From: Bacteroidales bacterium
GTDB lineage: Bacteria; Bacteroidota; Bacteroidia; Bacteroidales; VadinHA17
Assembly (NCBI GenBank): GCA_003142255.1
Contig: PLLO01000019.1
Coordinates: forward strand, 16,971-80,970
DNA length: 64,000 nt
Direction of reading: 5' to 3'
Made by a program: the position numbers and the translations under genes. The notes below the pieces were generated by a model. That model saw only the letters and a program-made list of their open reading frames with translations. It was not told where the DNA came from and did no database searches. This document shows positions 61,133-64,000 of this stretch, piece by piece (position 1 is the first letter of the stretch; every line of letters begins with the position of its first letter).

Positions 61133-64000
61133 TTAAGCTCTTACCGGAGCAACGGTTTCCTGCTCATCACCTTTCTTCTTACTCGTATCATACATAAGAG
61201 CAGTAGCAACGAAAACTGATGAATATACACCTGTTCCGATTCCTACCAGAAGGGCGAACATGAACCCGCGGATTACTGCGCCTCCAAAGATGAACATGGC
61301 AACTATTGTGAGTATCACGGTAAGTGTTGTGTTTATGGTTCTGCTCAGAGTTGAGTTTATTGCCATATTCAGAACTTCTTTCAATGGCCGTTTCCGATAT
61401 AGCGGAATATATTCCCTGAGCCTGTCAAATACGATCACCGTATCGTTGATTGAAAATCCGATTATGGTAAGTATTGCCGCAATAAAAGACTGATCAATTT
61501 CCATGGAGAAAGGCATGATACCCCAGAATATTGAATAAACCCCTATTACGAGCAGCGTATCATGGAATAATGACATAACAGCTCCAAACCCATATTGCCA
61601 GTACTTGAACCGCATAAAGATGTACAGGAACATAAGGATAAGGGAGACACCAACAGCAAAAAATGCATTGATCGTGAGATCGGCAGCTACGACAGGGCCA
61701 ACAGTTTCCGAGCTCCTGATATAATTTGAATCAAAATCTTCCTTTGTAACGTTTGAACTCATGTAACCCTTAAGCCCGTTATAGAGCTTTGTCTGTACCT
61801 CCTCATCAACGCCTGTTTCGGTAATTTTATACTTGGTAATTACCTTAATCTGGTTGCTGCTCCCAAAAGTTACAACCTGCGGAAGCTCTCCGAATGAGAC
61901 ATTAAGATCTTTTGCTACTTCCTCGGTAACAATCGGCTTATCGAACTTGATAATATAAGCACGGCCTCCCGTAAAATCTATACCTGGATTAAGTCCCTTG
62001 ACGAATAATGAAACAACTCCTGCCAGCAGGATAACTGCTGAACCTACATAGAAGTATTTCCTCATCCCGATAAAATCGATATGAGTGTTTTTAAACACAT
62101 TGGCTGTGATCTTAATTGAAAATTTAAGGTCAGCGTTCTGTTTTAAAAGCCTTTCATAAATTAATCTTGTAATGAATATTGACGTAAACATTGATGTCAG
62201 AATACCTATGACAAGAGTGGTAGCAAAACCCTTTATCGGTCCCTGGCCAAAGATATAAAGTACAATACCTGTAAGGATTGTTGTAACGTTTGAGTCTATA
62301 ATTGCAGAATAAGCATGTCTGTAACCATCAGCAATTGCAAGTTTAATTCCCTTCCCTGCACGAAGCTCTTCCCTGATTCGCTCATATATCAGCACGTTCG
62401 CATCGACTGCCATACCCATCGTGAGGACCATACCGGCGATACCGGGAAGAGTAAGGACAGCATTCAGTGAAGCCAGTACTCCAAAAAGAAGGAACACGTT
62501 GGTAATCAGTGCAATGTTGGCAATTGTTCCTGCACTGGTACTGTAATAGAATATCATAAATGCGAGAACAAGGACAAATGCAATTATAAATGATAGAAAA
62601 CCTGAACTAATTGCTTCTCTACCAAGTGTAGGTCCGACAACGTTATCTGATATGATCTTAGCAGGTGCCGGCATCTTTCCGGATTTGAGTAGGTTGGAGA
62701 GGTCGGTGGCTTCTTCAATTGTAAAATCGCCTGTAATCTCAGTATTCCCGCCGGAGATCTCATTAATAACTCTCGGATATGAACGAACATAGCCATCAAG
62801 TACTACAGCAATACATCTGTTGACGTTTTCGCGTGTCATTCTTGCCCAGGTTTTTGATCCTTCGGTATTCATTGACATGTCGACCTTTACCTCAGAACCC
62901 GTGACACCTGTTGTAGGCCTTGATGATGTAATGACATCGCCGGTCATTGGAGCTCTTCCGTCGCGTGTAGTGATCTTTATTGCATGAAATTCATACATTG
63001 ATTTTGACGGATCATACTTGTAGGGGTTCTGGCTCCATGCAAACCTCAGGTCGCGCGGGAAAAGTGCCTTTATCTGGGGCATCTTCAGGTAGCTGTTGAC
63101 CTGTGCGGTATCTTTTCCGCTTGCAAGTCCGACCAGGCATGAGGGCAAAGGTTCACCCTGCGCAGTCACCCTTGGGTTCAGAATACCGAAAAGCGGATTT
63201 TCCTGCGTGAACTGCTCACGACTCGTGGCTGCAGTACTCTTAGTGGTATCTTTATTGATCAGGTTAAGAAGCTCCTGGTCAGATTTTTTTGTCGTGTCGG
63301 AAGAAGCTGCATTTGCTCCGGTTGCAGGGGCTACTGCTGCTTTCTGAGCTGAAATTTTCATTTCTTTCAGCATATTGTTTGCAGCTGAGAGGTAGCCTAT
63401 TACTTCACTGTTTTCATAAGTTTCCCAGAATTCAAGATTTGCTGTTCCCTGGAGAAGTTCACGGACACGTTTGGGGTCTTTTTGCCCAGGCAGGTCAATA
63501 AGTATCCTTCCTTTTGTTGCAAGCTTCGTAATATTGGGAGAGATAACTCCGAAACGGTCAATCCTGCTACGAAGGATATTAAATGAGTTATCAATAGCAG
63601 TTGAGACCTCAGCGTCGAGAACTTTCAATACCTCAGAGTTGGTTGAATTGAAGTTGATTTTGTCTTTCAATTCCACGGTACCAAAAACAGCAGCCAGTCT
63701 TGCATTAGGGTCAATCTCCTGGAATGCTCTTCCGAAGAGTGTCAGATAATCTGCCTGGCTCGCTGTCTGCATTTTTTTTGCCCGGGTAAGTGCAGCATTA
63801 AATGTCTTGTCGGTACTGTAATTCGAGAGAGCCTTAAGAACATCTTCGACAGAGACTTCAAGGATGACGTTCATCCCGCCTTTAAGGTCGAGGCCGAGGT
63901 TAAGCTCTTTCTTCTCGCACTCCTTGAAAGTATTGCCAAGAAAGCTCCACTTATCTTTTGGAAGAGTACCTATTGAATCAAGGTAATGTTGTTCTACAAC
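61133..64000 (-). CDS. secDF: Protein translocase subunit SecDF (fused), N-terminus beyond window edge
   Basis: The track ORF begins at an internal Met. My translation upstream of 63874 continues in frame to the window end (...ELNLGLDLKGGMNVILEV, the SecD P1-head motif). Two SecD/SecF 6-TM bundles follow. Confidence 0.9.
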   Translation of the reverse strand, partial: VVEQHYLDSIGTLPKDKWSFLGNTFKECEKKELNLGLDLKGGMNVILEVSVEDVLKALSNYSTDKTFNAALTRAKKMQTASQADYLTLFGRAFQEIDPNARLAAVFGTVELKDKINFNSTNSEVLKVLDAEVSTAIDNSFNILRSRIDRFGVISPNITKLATKGRILIDLPGQKDPKRVRELLQGTANLEFWETYENSEVIGYLSAANNMLKEMKISAQKAAVAPATGANAASSDTTKKSDQELLNLINKDTTKSTAATSREQFTQENPLFGILNPRVTAQGEPLPSCLVGLASGKDTAQVNSYLKMPQIKALFPRDLRFAWSQNPYKYDPSKSMYEFHAIKITTRDGRAPMTGDVITSSRPTTGVTGSEVKVDMSMNTEGSKTWARMTRENVNRCIAVVLDGYVRSYPRVINEISGGNTEITGDFTIEEATDLSNLLKSGKMPAPAKIISDNVVGPTLGREAISSGFLSFIIAFVLVLAFMIFYYSTSAGTIANIALITNVFLLFGVLASLNAVLTLPGIAGMVLTMGMAVDANVLIYERIREELRAGKGIKLAIADGYRHAYSAIIDSNVTTILTGIVLYIFGQGPIKGFATTLVIGILTSMFTSIFITRLIYERLLKQNADLKFSIKITANVFKNTHIDFIGMRKYFYVGSAVILLAGVVSLFVKGLNPGIDFTGGRAYIIKFDKPIVTEEVAKDLNVSFGELPQVVTFGSSNQIKVITKYKITETGVDEEVQTKLYNGLKGYMSSNVTKEDFDSNYIRSSETVGPVVAADLTINAFFAVGVSLILMFLYIFMRFKYWQYGFGAVMSLFHDTLLVIGVYSIFWGIMPFSMEIDQSFIAAILTIIGFSINDTVIVFDRLREYIPLYRKRPLKEVLNMAINSTLSRTINTTLTVILTIVAMFIFGGAVIRGFMFALLVGIGTGVYSSVFVATALMYDTSKKKGDEQETVAPVRA

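Overview
This window looks like part of a Bacteroidota (Bacteroidales-like) chromosome. The pointers are a lipidated TamA-type partner (TamL) next to TamB, a fused SecDF, many secreted or lipoprotein glycoside hydrolases, and no Shine-Dalgarno-type spacing. I did all calls by eye from the sequence and the supplied ORF track; no searches were run.

Gene content, left to right:
- 1-2.7 kb: a MarR-TolC-adaptor efflux operon, cut by the window edge.
- 3.1-3.8 kb: an integrase pseudogene and a tRNA-Leu-like 3'-end relic.
- 4.0-17.5 kb: a xylan/arabinoxylan debranching block (GH43, GH3 with PA14, GH51, tandem CE1 esterase, GH30_8 glucuronoxylanase, SGNH acetylesterase), interrupted by an AT-rich retropepsin-like protease gene. 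No SusC/SusD pair lies in the window.
- 17.7-20.0 kb: a BASS-type transporter, a lipid kinase, and a 55-aa ORF below the track cutoff.
- 20.4-24.6 kb: an accessory-looking stretch with an HMA-like/AraC regulator, two alpha/beta hydrolases and several decayed genes.
- 24.8-28.7 kb: an unusual three-gene operon (FeS-FAD oxidoreductase, thioester-reductase-like SDR, UbiG-like methyltransferase).
- 29.1-36.2 kb: TamB/TamL.
- 36.2-41.9 kb: a GH30 / GH94 phosphorylase / GPH-symporter beta-glucoside cluster.
- 42.1-44.7 kb: LpxL-family acyltransferase and acyl-CoA ligase.
- 45.0-47.6 kb: an overlapping GT-C-like / GT2 / CE4 trio.
- 47.7-50.1 kb: an OmpR-type two-component system followed by a secreted polycationic PAAK-repeat protein.
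- 50.3-54.0 kb: GH2 plus a CE4-like lipoprotein.
- 54.0-64.0 kb: housekeeping genes (mutS, saccharopine dehydrogenase, tRNA methyltransferase, TIGR02757-like, lolD-like, tatA, secDF).

I found no CRISPR array, intact tRNA or rRNA, intact mobile element, or recognisable defence system.

The best candidates for something undescribed are:
1. The envelope-remodelling neighbourhood at 45.0-50.1 kb: an Arn/Lgm-like lipid-linked aminosugar module, the two-component system and the secreted polycation.
2. The FeS-FAD / acyl-reductase / methyltransferase operon at 24.8-28.7 kb.
3. Two tRNA-3'-end-plus-terminator relics that flank 10 kb of glycan genes.

All three are hypotheses that need database and structural checks.
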